The notes under the pieces are model-generated. The model saw only the letters and a program-made list of their open reading frames with translations, was not told the origin of the DNA and did no database searches. Positions 21,524 to 30,427 of a DNA stretch of 64,000 nt are shown piece after piece. The number at the start of each line of letters is the position of its first letter. Within the stretch, counting starts at the first letter, position 1. The translations under genes and the position numbers were made by a program. Source of the DNA: Candidatus Latescibacterota bacterium (lineage in GTDB: Bacteria; Latescibacterota; UBA2968; GCA-2709665); the NCBI GenBank assembly GCA_965116875.1, contig OZ220733.1, positions 3,520,001 to 3,584,000 on the forward strand, given 5' to 3'.

Positions 21524-21747
21524 TAATGATCGCTCATATACGGCCATTGCAGGATCGGCCTTATCAGGCCACCTGGGATGCGGTTGAGGTTTCGGACCTG
21601 CCGTCGACGTTTCGACGTGTAAGTGATCGGGCGCATGGAGCCATTTGAGGATCGCGATAATGGCGCCACGTGAAGATCGCCGTAATGGCGCCACGTGAGG
21701 TAACCGAAAAAGGGGTCTCGGGCATTCCGTTCATCGTTTTGTACCTT
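21524..21747. repeat. 25-bp-unit minisatellite element, copy B
   Basis: ATGGAGCCATTTGAGGATCGCGATA / ATGGCGCCACGTGAAGATCGCCGTA / ATGGCGCCACGTGAGG. Confidence 0.75.
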
Positions 21748-21890
21748 CTGACGGCACAGTAGATAACTTTTCGCACAAGTCAGGAGGGATACAGGATGGC
21801 AATCCGGAGGTTCGAGTGAATGAGCCTGTGCGCCGCCGCTGAAGACCGAGATTAAGGAGGGAAAGAATCCTTACAATAATGGACCAATTA

Positions 21891-21917
21891 GCCCCTGGAC
21901 TCTATCTGTCCAGGGGC
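21891..21917. other. 10-bp perfect hairpin
   Basis: GCCCCTGGAC-7 nt-GTCCAGGGGC. Confidence 0.45.
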
Positions 21918-21923
21918 TCGTTG

Positions 21924-22234
21924 TTAACCTTGATTCGAAATTATCCTGGGACCTGAATGTCGAATATATACAGAAGAACAAAGGCAAATTGATGTCAAAG
22001 TTGCCGGATACTTGAAGTCACTGGACGTGAACGGAAATTCCATCCACTTGTACGACCTCGATGCCCTGCCTATGTGCTGATACCTTCTGTGCCTTTTGTG
22101 CCTGCCTGCCGCGCTGCACTTGGCCTGTCTGCGTGCAGGTTTTCCCTGCCTGCGCCGCGGGCGCGGCAGGCAGGCGCACAGGCAGGCGCAGGCAGGCTTT
22201 TTGTGGTAAGTGCCTTTTTTCGGATTGAGGTTAA
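21924..22234. mobile_element. MITE family A inverted copy with a nested 96-bp CCTGCCTG/CAGGCAGG insertion (22101-22196)
   Basis: TTAA-CCTTGATTCG...CGGATTGAGG-TTAA; colinear with 17012-17237 apart from the insertion. Confidence 0.8.
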
Positions 22235-22497
22235 AGAGATTTCGCACGAGTTATTATGTCATTCATATATCTCGTCGAAAACTCCTTACACAGCTCGATA
22301 AACCGACCATCAGGTCGATCTGCAACAACAGCAAGCAGATCTTCCTTGAGTTTTCGAGCAATTCTCACGGAATCTTCAGATGCATCGTTCAATACTCGAT
22401 CCATACAGATAACCTCGAGAACGGTGCTTATGACCTCAATCCTTGCGTTAAGGTATAGAATCTGCTCCTCCAATCCCAAATCCACGAAATCGTCCAT
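22231..22497 (-). CDS. 88-aa hypothetical protein
   Basis: AGGAGGA RBS; helical acidic protein; its stop overlaps the MITE TTAA. Confidence 0.6.
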   Translation of the reverse strand: MDDFVDLGLEEQILYLNARIEVISTVLEVICMDRVLNDASEDSVRIARKLKEDLLAVVADRPDGRFIELCKEFSTRYMNDIITRAKSL

Positions 22498-22519
22498 TAC
22501 CCATTCCTCCTGAAAACGG

Positions 22520-22691
22520 TTAATGACCGCCTAGATGCGGTCATTACGGGATCGGCCTGATGCGGCCACTGCAGGATCGCCTTAATCAGGCCACTGTAGG
22601 ACCGCCTTATTCAGGCCGGTTGAAGATTGCCCTAGTCAGGCCACTTGGGATGCGATTGAAGTCTCGGACGCTCCGTCCACGTCTCTACCTT
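22520..22691. repeat. 25-bp-unit minisatellite element, copy C (five tandem units)
   Basis: ATGCGGTCATTACGGGATCGGCCTG, ATGCGGCCACTGCAGGATCGCCTTA, ATCAGGCCACTGTAGGACCGCCTTA, TTCAGGCCGGTTGAAGATTGCCCTA, GTCAGGCCACTTGGGATGCGATTGA. Confidence 0.8.
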
Positions 22692-23243
22692 TTGAGTGTC
22701 TCCCCGACAGGCGTGAGGGGTGCACCCGGCGAACTTGAGGTTCGAGACGTATCAGTATCGCCAGGTAAACACGCGTATGCGGTTGGGCGGGTCGGATCGT
22801 GTGATCGGCGGATCACACGCAAAGTTCTGAACCGTCGGGGATAGTCGAGACCAGCAAGGCGGGGTAGTCCAAACGAATTGGAAGTTCATGGCGTTACGTA
22901 GAATCGATGAGGTAATTCAATACTTATGGTCTATGAGGCTTTGCTGTGTTCAGCCCTGTCTGCGTTCGCAGGTCAGCCATCCAGAAGCCGGTCCGGTCCC
23001 CTGTACGCTCGCCTTGCTTGTGCTGCTTGCACTGAGCTTGCCAAGTGACTTGTCGAAGCAAGCCTGCGGTCCCTGAGAATTGTCCTGAGCTTTTCGAAGT
23101 CTCGAAGGCGCTGCCATGAGCCCCGTCGAAGAGGCAGGCGACGTCAGATGTAAATTTCCGTGTCGGATACCTCCAAAGGACGCGCTCTCTACCATTCGCA
23201 GATTCAGACAATATCACGTTTTCCTATCTTCGGTCAAATTCGA

Positions 23244-25574
23244 TCATTCATGTCTGAGCGTATCCGCCGGATTCGCCGTTGCGGCCTTGTAAGTCTTGCA
23301 GCTGACCGTAAGCATTACGAAAGCGAACGTCAGCACGGCCCCCGCGATGATGGGTACGTTCAGGTCAATTCGATAGACGAAATTCTGAAGCCACTCTTTG
23401 AATAAAAAGTACGCGATGGGCCCTGCAATTATGGTGGCCAAGATAACGATCTTTATGAAGTCAAAGGAAAGGAGCGTCATCAGACGCGGTACAGATGTGC
23501 CGAAGACCTTTCGGATTCCGACCTCCTTTGTTCTTTGGGCTACTGTAAAAGAGGTTAACCCAAATGAACCGAGGCAAGCTAAGCCCAACGCAAGAATTGC
23601 CGAGAATTGCACGGCAAGCAACCATTTATTTTCGTCCTTATATTGGTTCTTCAGGTCATCTTCAAGAAACCTGGCCCGAAAGGGTTGAGACGGTGCTATC
23701 TTGTGCCATTCCTTCCGCAGGATACCGAGTGTGTGCCAATCCTCCTCGGAAATCGATATAACAAACAACTTGCGACAAATCTCAGGTTCGATGAAAATGA
23801 CAGCAGGCGCAACCTGACGGTGAAAGGATCTGAAGTGAAAATCTCTTACCACGCCGATAATCGGCGCGTCGTGACCACCGTTCCAATCGACAACTTTGTC
23901 TTTTGCACTTCGCCATCCAAACTGCCTCATGAGGGCTTGATTGATAATTACGCCGTTGCGGTCGGTGGAATACAAACTGGAAAAGTCCCTTCCCTCTAAC
24001 ATTTTAAACCCGAGTGTGTTCAAAAAGCCAAAATTCACCGCGATATTCTCCACATGTTCAACCTTTCTGCCCTCAGCTTCAACAAAGCCGGCGATTGTCT
24101 GCCTATTGCTAAGTGGATGGGAACCCCTCGCAACGCCAGCTATGTTGGGATATAATGCTAAATTCCTCTCATAGACATCGACCAGGGCTGGCGAAGTTTC
24201 CAAAAGCCGCCCGATTCCGACTTCAATTACGCCGTCCGTTCGGAATCCCGGATTCTTGTTAATAAGCAGATTCAGTTGTGCGACCATTGCAACGGTGCCC
24301 ATTATTAAAACCATTGACATAGCAAACTGAAGAACAAGCAACAATCTCATCAGAAAGCCGAGATTCACGCTCTTAGGTCGAGCACAAAGGACCTCAATCG
24401 GTTGTAGACGAGACAATGCCAGGGCAGGATAAATGCCTGCAACCACGCCTATGGCCACCGTGAGAAGAAGCACATAGAGTGATGTCGAGACGTTTAAATG
24501 TCCAAATAGGCTGATTTTTCTCCCGACAAGGGCGTTAAAGCTCGGTAAGGTCGCGGCCATCAATCCGAGCGCGATGATCAATGCCATAAGCGCCAACAAG
24601 ACAGACTCAACGAGGTATAGATTGACAAGCTGATGTCTTTGCGCGCCGAAGAGTCGACGAACGCCAGCCTCCTTTGTGCGCAAGAACGCACGACCGATGG
24701 CCATTGCCGAATAGTTGACGCTCGAGATCGTAATCACAGTGACCACGATTCCGAAAAATATGTAGATGTACGCAGGATCAGTCGAGCGTTCGACTCCGAG
24801 AGTGTGTCTGTCGTTATGCATTTCTTTGAAAGGCTGCAGCAACAGGCTTATCGTACTGATTTTTTCCTGCCCCAACTTTCTATGGACGATTTTGGTCAGT
24901 CTTTCCGAGACACTACGAGGCTCCAAATAATCGGGCAAGAGCACAAATGTCGTGGCGACCAGAAATTCCCATGAATTTAGGAACCTACCTGCAGCATCGC
25001 AGGGCAGCAAACAATCGAATACTATACTGGAATTGTCTGGAAGTCTTGACACGATGCCGGTAACTGTATAGACCTCCTTTTCATTTAAGGTCAAGACCTT
25101 GCCCACCGGGTTTGCGTCTGCAAATAGCCTTGTCGCAACGTTTTCCGTAATCACTATAGAACGCGTTGCACTAAGTGCCGTTGATGGATCTCCCATCAAC
25201 ATCGGAAAAGAAAACGCCTGGAGAAATGAGGGATCGACATAACTCATGCGAACTCTCATCGATTTTTCCGCATGAGCGATAGAAGCCCTGTCTCGGTAAA
25301 CCCTTACAACCGTTGCATCCTGAAATTCATTGGCGATGGTGGGCCCGAGTGGCAATGGTGTACTGCTCATCAATTGATCCCCCGATCGAACGCAAACTCG
25401 GTAAATACGATCCACATTAAGATGGAAGAGATCGTAGGTCCATTCGCTATGCGCGAATAGGACTGCAAGTAGTGCAAAGGCCAGAGAAATCGAAAAACCA
25501 CCGATATTGGCCAATGAAACTAGCTTGTGCTTGAGAAAACTTCTGAATGCCAAAGTAATGTAATTGGGTAACAT
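23244..25574 (-). CDS. MacB/FtsX-type ABC transporter permease (duplicated architecture)
   Basis: MLPNYITLAFRSFLKHK start, RTKEAGVRRLFGA and RTKEVGIRKVFG, IIGVVRDFHF, C-terminal AATANPADTLRHE. Confidence 0.92.
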   Translation of the reverse strand: MLPNYITLAFRSFLKHKLVSLANIGGFSISLAFALLAVLFAHSEWTYDLFHLNVDRIYRVCVRSGDQLMSSTPLPLGPTIANEFQDATVVRVYRDRASIAHAEKSMRVRMSYVDPSFLQAFSFPMLMGDPSTALSATRSIVITENVATRLFADANPVGKVLTLNEKEVYTVTGIVSRLPDNSSIVFDCLLPCDAAGRFLNSWEFLVATTFVLLPDYLEPRSVSERLTKIVHRKLGQEKISTISLLLQPFKEMHNDRHTLGVERSTDPAYIYIFFGIVVTVITISSVNYSAMAIGRAFLRTKEAGVRRLFGAQRHQLVNLYLVESVLLALMALIIALGLMAATLPSFNALVGRKISLFGHLNVSTSLYVLLLTVAIGVVAGIYPALALSRLQPIEVLCARPKSVNLGFLMRLLLVLQFAMSMVLIMGTVAMVAQLNLLINKNPGFRTDGVIEVGIGRLLETSPALVDVYERNLALYPNIAGVARGSHPLSNRQTIAGFVEAEGRKVEHVENIAVNFGFLNTLGFKMLEGRDFSSLYSTDRNGVIINQALMRQFGWRSAKDKVVDWNGGHDAPIIGVVRDFHFRSFHRQVAPAVIFIEPEICRKLFVISISEEDWHTLGILRKEWHKIAPSQPFRARFLEDDLKNQYKDENKWLLAVQFSAILALGLACLGSFGLTSFTVAQRTKEVGIRKVFGTSVPRLMTLLSFDFIKIVILATIIAGPIAYFLFKEWLQNFVYRIDLNVPIIAGAVLTFAFVMLTVSCKTYKAATANPADTLRHE

Positions 25575-25833
25575 CGTCGTCAGTCAGGGCCGGTTTGCAT
25601 AGCGGTTTTGCGCCACTTTCGTTCTGTATAAGGTATAAGGCTTGCGTGTCAAGCGCAAGCCCGTGGAACGTGGCAATAGGTTGACGATGGGTTAAACTTT
25701 CCCTTCTTTCGGAGGCAAACTCGTGAACACATAATAATGTCGGGGCCTTCGAAGAAACGAAAGCCCCAAGACTGTGGTTGAGTTTGCGTTTTGCCATTGG
25801 TGGATGGTTTAAATTCGAAGCAACACCCTGAGA

Positions 25834-26127
25834 CTATGGGCCATCAGCCTCAGGCGGCTTTTCGCCACATCCGTTCCACCAAATTGTACACGGATTATTG
25901 GATATACACCAGGCGCCGAGACAATCCGCGCCCCAGCATTCAATTCTGATCGTCCAACCGCAACACTTGACTACGCAAACATGGTCGTGCGCGTACGCCG
26001 GCTGGACATAAGTCCCAAACAATGTGACAACAGCTAAGAGTGCACAAATGCACCAAGTCCAGGCCAATCCCCGTCTTGGTGACGCAGAGCCCCTTTCGTC
26101 TCTCAGAAAAGACTTAATGGCAGACAT
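25834..26127 (-). CDS. Cys/Trp-rich exported peptide precursor with an Flp-prepilin-like leader
   Basis: AAGGAG RBS; MSAIKSFLRDERG leader, hydrophobic helix, AYA signal-peptidase-like site, 51-aa core with 8 Cys and 5 Trp. Confidence 0.8.
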   Translation of the reverse strand: MSAIKSFLRDERGSASPRRGLAWTWCICALLAVVTLFGTYVQPAYAHDHVCVVKCCGWTIRIECWGADCLGAWCISNNPCTIWWNGCGEKPPEADGP

Positions 26128-26379
26128 CCAATCGCTCCTTTTTGTTGGAGGTTTAATGCCAGAGAATTAATCTCCATATCCGCTTCAGCTGGACCAAAGT
26201 GGATCTTACTGGCGCAGTTTGCATAAGCCCAATCAGATCCACAGAGGTTGTTTTTTATTGCTTACGGAACGGTCCAAACGCGGGGCGATCGAAATCACGA
26301 CATTTGATCCTCCTTTGTTAACTGTTGTTGTTAACTCAATTGATCTCGCCAGGACGATTCTTATAGCATCACCTCCCTT

Positions 26380-27501
26380 CTATAGGCGTGTAGCAATCCC
26401 GCCGCTCATGATTTGTACAACCAGTCGGGTTATTGCACTGCCAATATTGTCCGCTACCAGGGCAGTCAGCACTGCCCCTGCCGTAATGAATGGAACAAAC
26501 GGGATGGTACGGTCCAAAGCAATCTGCCGATCCCTGGGCAACACACCCTCGCAAGTGAGTTGATTTAGACGATTCAAGGCTTGTCTTGTGAGCGGTCGCC
26601 CTCCCTTCAAGAGCATTCGCGCGACTTCATTTCTATCATCGCGACAGTTTTCCTGCTCCTCTGATTCGAGAAATACGGATTGGCTTGGGACATTCCCCGG
26701 CTGAAGAGATGAAATTGGCACTGAATGGGTGAAGGTCGTACCGTACATGTGACGTATTTGGATATACACTAATTCCATAACCCAAACGATCGACCCCACG
26801 CCCAGATAGGTCAAGATTCCGTCGGTCGTCAAACTCAAGTAGATGACGACAACACAACCTGTCCAGACGATCAGTGACCAGTGACGGGGTTGCAGGACAA
26901 AATCAATCAAACGGTATCCAATGACCAAAACAGCAATAGCCTCCAGATAACTGATGGGACGTCTCAACACCAGAACGGTCATTCCAAGGATGATTCCAAG
27001 GAGACCGAGATATTTAGCGGCGGATCGTAAGTAGAGATCGGTACTTTTCAATCCCTTAGCCAGAATCCCGTCGTTGGTTCGTGCGAAAAACATCGAACTC
27101 AAACCATACAGGAAAAAACATACAATCGTATTAATGACCAGAGCTGAACTGGCCGTATGAAGCGAAAGCGCACTATAGCTTGGACAGAGTGTAGGGGGCA
27201 GCGCTAAAGCGGTCCCCAAAAAGAGCTTGCCGTCACCCGGTCCCCAGACCCGCGCAATTGTCATTCCTGCGCTAATGGTAAGGCTGCTGGCGATCACGCC
27301 GACCACCTGATTGGCTGTGGTGATACCGCTGATCAACATGATCCCCTGACCAGTAAGGCCGACTCCCATCAAGCCGACTGTCCACACGTTCGGTACCGTT
27401 CGGGCATAAACGTCTGATAAGCAGATATATAGACCGCCCCCAAATACTGCCGACAGCATGAGCCATTCCACCCAGAAGATTCCATCGTTCAATATGCCCA
27501 A
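26380..27501 (-). CDS. A24 family prepilin/preflagellin peptidase
   Basis: Catalytic Asp motifs SDVYARTVPN and GPGDGKL; many TM helices; C-terminal IPFVPFITAG. Confidence 0.85.
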   Translation of the reverse strand: MGILNDGIFWVEWLMLSAVFGGGLYICLSDVYARTVPNVWTVGLMGVGLTGQGIMLISGITTANQVVGVIASSLTISAGMTIARVWGPGDGKLFLGTALALPPTLCPSYSALSLHTASSALVINTIVCFFLYGLSSMFFARTNDGILAKGLKSTDLYLRSAAKYLGLLGIILGMTVLVLRRPISYLEAIAVLVIGYRLIDFVLQPRHWSLIVWTGCVVVIYLSLTTDGILTYLGVGSIVWVMELVYIQIRHMYGTTFTHSVPISSLQPGNVPSQSVFLESEEQENCRDDRNEVARMLLKGGRPLTRQALNRLNQLTCEGVLPRDRQIALDRTIPFVPFITAGAVLTALVADNIGSAITRLVVQIMSGGIATRL

Positions 27502-27519
27502 GACTTAACCCCTTAAAAT

Positions 27520-28098
27520 TCACCGCAAATTTGCGAGACGATTTACAAGCTCGAGCGCTGGTCCAAATCCGACCGCGAAATCCACAATAACCCCCGCTTC
27601 AGATATCCAATACGCGCTTGGAACGCCATTTATTTTGTAAGCGCGAAATATCTCTCCTGTCGTATCCTGCACGACTGAGAAGCGGGATGTGAATCGGGCT
27701 TCCATCTCATCAGCCTCTGGCGAATTGTCGTTCTCGGCTGTCGTCCCACGACTTACAAAAAAGAGTTGATCAACGGGCAGTTCTATTTTTGTCTCAATCA
27801 ATTCACGCTTCAAGTCCTGGGAGTATTGGCAAGTCGGCGACATAAAGACGAGTCCAAGATTACTGCCGCGTAGTTCATTAAGTTCAACTGAATCGCCGGA
27901 TCCAGTATGGAACGTAATATTGGGCGCTTCAGCTCTCCAAGGCAGCTGTTCATTATACAAAGGCTGAATAATTGAAGACTGAGGCACTCCAATGGCGCCA
28001 AGTACGATCACCGCAACCATTCCCAGGCCAATCCCCAAGGCGTGGAATCGAACCGAAGAGAGATTCGACAATTTCAGCTTCAGAGTAGTGTAATCCAT
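27520..28098 (-). CDS. membrane-anchored TlpA/redoxin-like thioredoxin-fold protein (CxxS)
   Basis: TM anchor, APNITF..G..VELNELRG, SPTCQYS, YKINGVPSAYWI. Confidence 0.75.
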   Translation of the reverse strand: MDYTTLKLKLSNLSSVRFHALGIGLGMVAVIVLGAIGVPQSSIIQPLYNEQLPWRAEAPNITFHTGSGDSVELNELRGSNLGLVFMSPTCQYSQDLKRELIETKIELPVDQLFFVSRGTTAENDNSPEADEMEARFTSRFSVVQDTTGEIFRAYKINGVPSAYWISEAGVIVDFAVGFGPALELVNRLANLR

Positions 28099-28226
28099 TG
28101 ATCCGCCTATCTTTACTTGGACCGCAAAAAGAATGTCATCCAATAATGGGCAACACATTTGCGCCAAGCCAAAAGACATACCGGCTCGTACCTTGCGACC
28201 TCGGTTTCTCGTTTAAGACGAAAGGG

Positions 28227-28778
28227 CTACTTGTTGTCAACATTAAACGAAGAAAACATCCGGAAGATGTTCCCCGGTCCGGTCGTCGCCTTGAGAATGA
28301 CCCCCGCTTCATCAACAAGCAGGGCGCTCGGGACTCCGAAGATGCCCATCGACCTGAGTGATGCTCTGGTGCTGTCGTAACCCACAACTGCCGTGATTCC
28401 GTGAGCCTCTATTACCTTTCCCAGATTAGCGCGCGAGCCGATTCCCACAATCAACAATGGAATCTTCGAATCGGCATTTTGCAGGATTGGGTAAACGGAA
28501 TCGCAAGCGTCGCAATCTGTAGACGTAAAATAGAGGACGTAAGTATCGCCCCTCATTGAATCAGGTGATACATTGCCGAAATCAAGTCCACTAATCTCAA
28601 AATGCGGAACCTCTTTTCCGACTAATCCATCGAGCGGGTCGACCCGTAATCCAGGCGGATGTCCGAAAAACCTTACCCCAAGGGAAACACACAAAGCGGC
28701 AAGTATGCCACAGGTGAGGGTCATTGCCATTTTGAGGTTTCCTTCGTTGACCTTGGCGAGCGGGCTCATTGGATTCAA
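28227..28778 (-). CDS. membrane-anchored TlpA/redoxin-like thioredoxin-fold protein (CxxC)
   Basis: TM anchor, VGKEVPHF, LYFTSTDCDAC, GIFGVPSALLVDEAG. Confidence 0.8.
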   Translation of the reverse strand: MNPMSPLAKVNEGNLKMAMTLTCGILAALCVSLGVRFFGHPPGLRVDPLDGLVGKEVPHFEISGLDFGNVSPDSMRGDTYVLYFTSTDCDACDSVYPILQNADSKIPLLIVGIGSRANLGKVIEAHGITAVVGYDSTRASLRSMGIFGVPSALLVDEAGVILKATTGPGNIFRMFSSFNVDNK

Positions 28779-28782
28779 TGCC

Positions 28783-29358
28783 TCATTCTGTCAGCTTTCT
28801 CGATCCCGAATGAATCCATTTTTCAAGTTCACGCAACTGAAGCAGAGTAGCACGGACGGAATACGTGGCTCCCGAAACGCCGTCAATATCCCCGATACCC
28901 AGGCCTGGATTCTCGAGTGATCTGCCTGAAAACTGACGCAGGAATTTCATGGGATCGTATGGACCTGCCTCCAGGTGCCATGGCTCAAGTGGCAGGATCT
29001 CCATAATCTTGTAATTGGCAGGATCAAAAAGCACACCCAGGAGAAGATCCGTGCATGTCGAGCAGACAATATCGTGCCGGACTATCGCAAGTCTACCAAC
29101 TGGCTTGTCGCCATTAGAGACCGAATAGACTGCAAGTACACCGGATCGGGGCTCAGGACGCGCGTCAAAGAAGACTCTGATTTCAATGTCTTTCCATTCG
29201 GTGCGAAGAGCTGATATGTGAGAAACCAGCGCTTTTCTCTTAGGTGGGGCAGGGAGCCCTTCTGTTGAAGTCCCGTTAGTCTGATACACAACAATCAAGG
29301 TTACGGCGACAAGTGCAAGGGTGCCAATCAGTACAGCAAGTATCGACGTTACCCTCAT
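28783..29358 (-). CDS. membrane-anchored FMN-binding (flavinylation-substrate) protein with CxxC
   Basis: N-terminal TM, CSTC, FLRQFSG, IDGVSGATYS flavinylation motif; next to apbE. Confidence 0.8.
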   Translation of the reverse strand: MRVTSILAVLIGTLALVAVTLIVVYQTNGTSTEGLPAPPKRKALVSHISALRTEWKDIEIRVFFDARPEPRSGVLAVYSVSNGDKPVGRLAIVRHDIVCSTCTDLLLGVLFDPANYKIMEILPLEPWHLEAGPYDPMKFLRQFSGRSLENPGLGIGDIDGVSGATYSVRATLLQLRELEKWIHSGSRKLTE

Positions 29359-29371
29359 TTTGAGATAACCA

Positions 29372-30427
29372 TTACTTAACCTGCCCAACAGCGCCGAGAG
29401 CTGACGGAATAAGTGCAACCCTTTCAAAGCCAGACGATGTAAATATCTCTCTGTTTTTTGTAATGATAAGTGCCTCTGTATTGGGAAGGCGCTCAATTAA
29501 CTCAACTCCTTGTGCTTGCCCGAGCACCATAACCGAGGTCGCCAGCGCGTCCGCATCCATCGCTCGATCTGCGACTACCGTCGCACTCATCAATCCGCCA
29601 GCGGATACCCCCGTCCTGGGATCGACAATGTGATGAGCTTTTCGGTCAGAGAAAAAGTACTGCGTGTAGTCGCCCGAAGTCGCAATTGCTTTATTGTTGA
29701 GGTGTACGATTGCGATGCGTTCGCTTTCGCCACGAGGATCTTGGAGAGCCACTTTCCAGGGTACATTGCGGGCACGCTCTCCAATTACGCGAACGTCTCC
29801 ACCGGCGTTTACGAATGCCCGAGAAATCCCAAACTGTAACAAAACGTCAATTGCCTTATCAATGATGTAGCCTTTTGCGATTCCATCTAAGGTGACACCC
29901 ATTCCTGGCTTCTCCAACACGATCTCTTGATCATGGATCCTGATTCCTTGATACCCAACAAGCTTGAAGGCATTTTCTAATTCTTCGAATGTCGGACGTC
30001 TACGCTCGTACATGTGGCAATTGTAAAGGAGATCCAGAATAGGTTTGACGGTGATGTCGAATGCGCCATTTGAAAGAAGAGAAAATCGACGGGATTCGAT
30101 TAGAACCTCCTTAAATTCCCGTATCTTTCCAGAGATTGCCCCATTCCGGTTCAGGTGTGACAATTGACTATCGTACCGGTAGCTACTCAATAGGCGTTCA
30201 AGCCTTTCGATTTCATTATAGACTGCGTCGAAAATCACCTCTTGTTTTCCAATGACGTCGGTACTCAAGATTATGGTTACCGACGTCCCCAGGGCTGATC
30301 TTGAGACCTTAACTTGGCGACCCTGCGCTTCTGGCGTACCGAATAACAACAACGAAAGCAACACAATCGCACATGAGGTACGACTATTCAATCGAACGGT
30401 ACTTGAATTTTCCTCTATAGAGCCCAT
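29372..30427 (-). CDS. apbE: FAD:protein FMN transferase ApbE
   Basis: ALGT, GAFDITV, LDGIAKGYIID, NAGGD, IATSGDY, HHIVDPRTG, ADALAT (start may be 30463). Confidence 0.93.
   Translation of the reverse strand: MGSIEENSSTVRLNSRTSCAIVLLSLLLFGTPEAQGRQVKVSRSALGTSVTIILSTDVIGKQEVIFDAVYNEIERLERLLSSYRYDSQLSHLNRNGAISGKIREFKEVLIESRRFSLLSNGAFDITVKPILDLLYNCHMYERRRPTFEELENAFKLVGYQGIRIHDQEIVLEKPGMGVTLDGIAKGYIIDKAIDVLLQFGISRAFVNAGGDVRVIGERARNVPWKVALQDPRGESERIAIVHLNNKAIATSGDYTQYFFSDRKAHHIVDPRTGVSAGGLMSATVVADRAMDADALATSVMVLGQAQGVELIERLPNTEALIITKNREIFTSSGFERVALIPSALGAVGQVK

Noticed and set aside
19094-22691. 25-bp repeats as a CRISPR array
   Set aside because: Units are directly tandem and degenerate with no unique spacers; no cas genes in the window.
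16500-23200. Integron cassette array
   Set aside because: Genes lie in both orientations, there is no integrase, and I could not find correctly placed RYYYAAC...GTTRRRY attC sites.
25447-25797. 116-aa ORF between the peptide and permease genes
   Set aside because: No motif or clear RBS and it overlaps the permease start by 128 nt; cannot be supported, though a short real ORF is not excluded.
25834-27501. Ordinary Tad/Flp pilus locus
   Set aside because: The precursor lacks the +5 Glu/Tyr Flp motif and has a Cys-rich extension; no assembly ATPase, platform or secretin genes are nearby.
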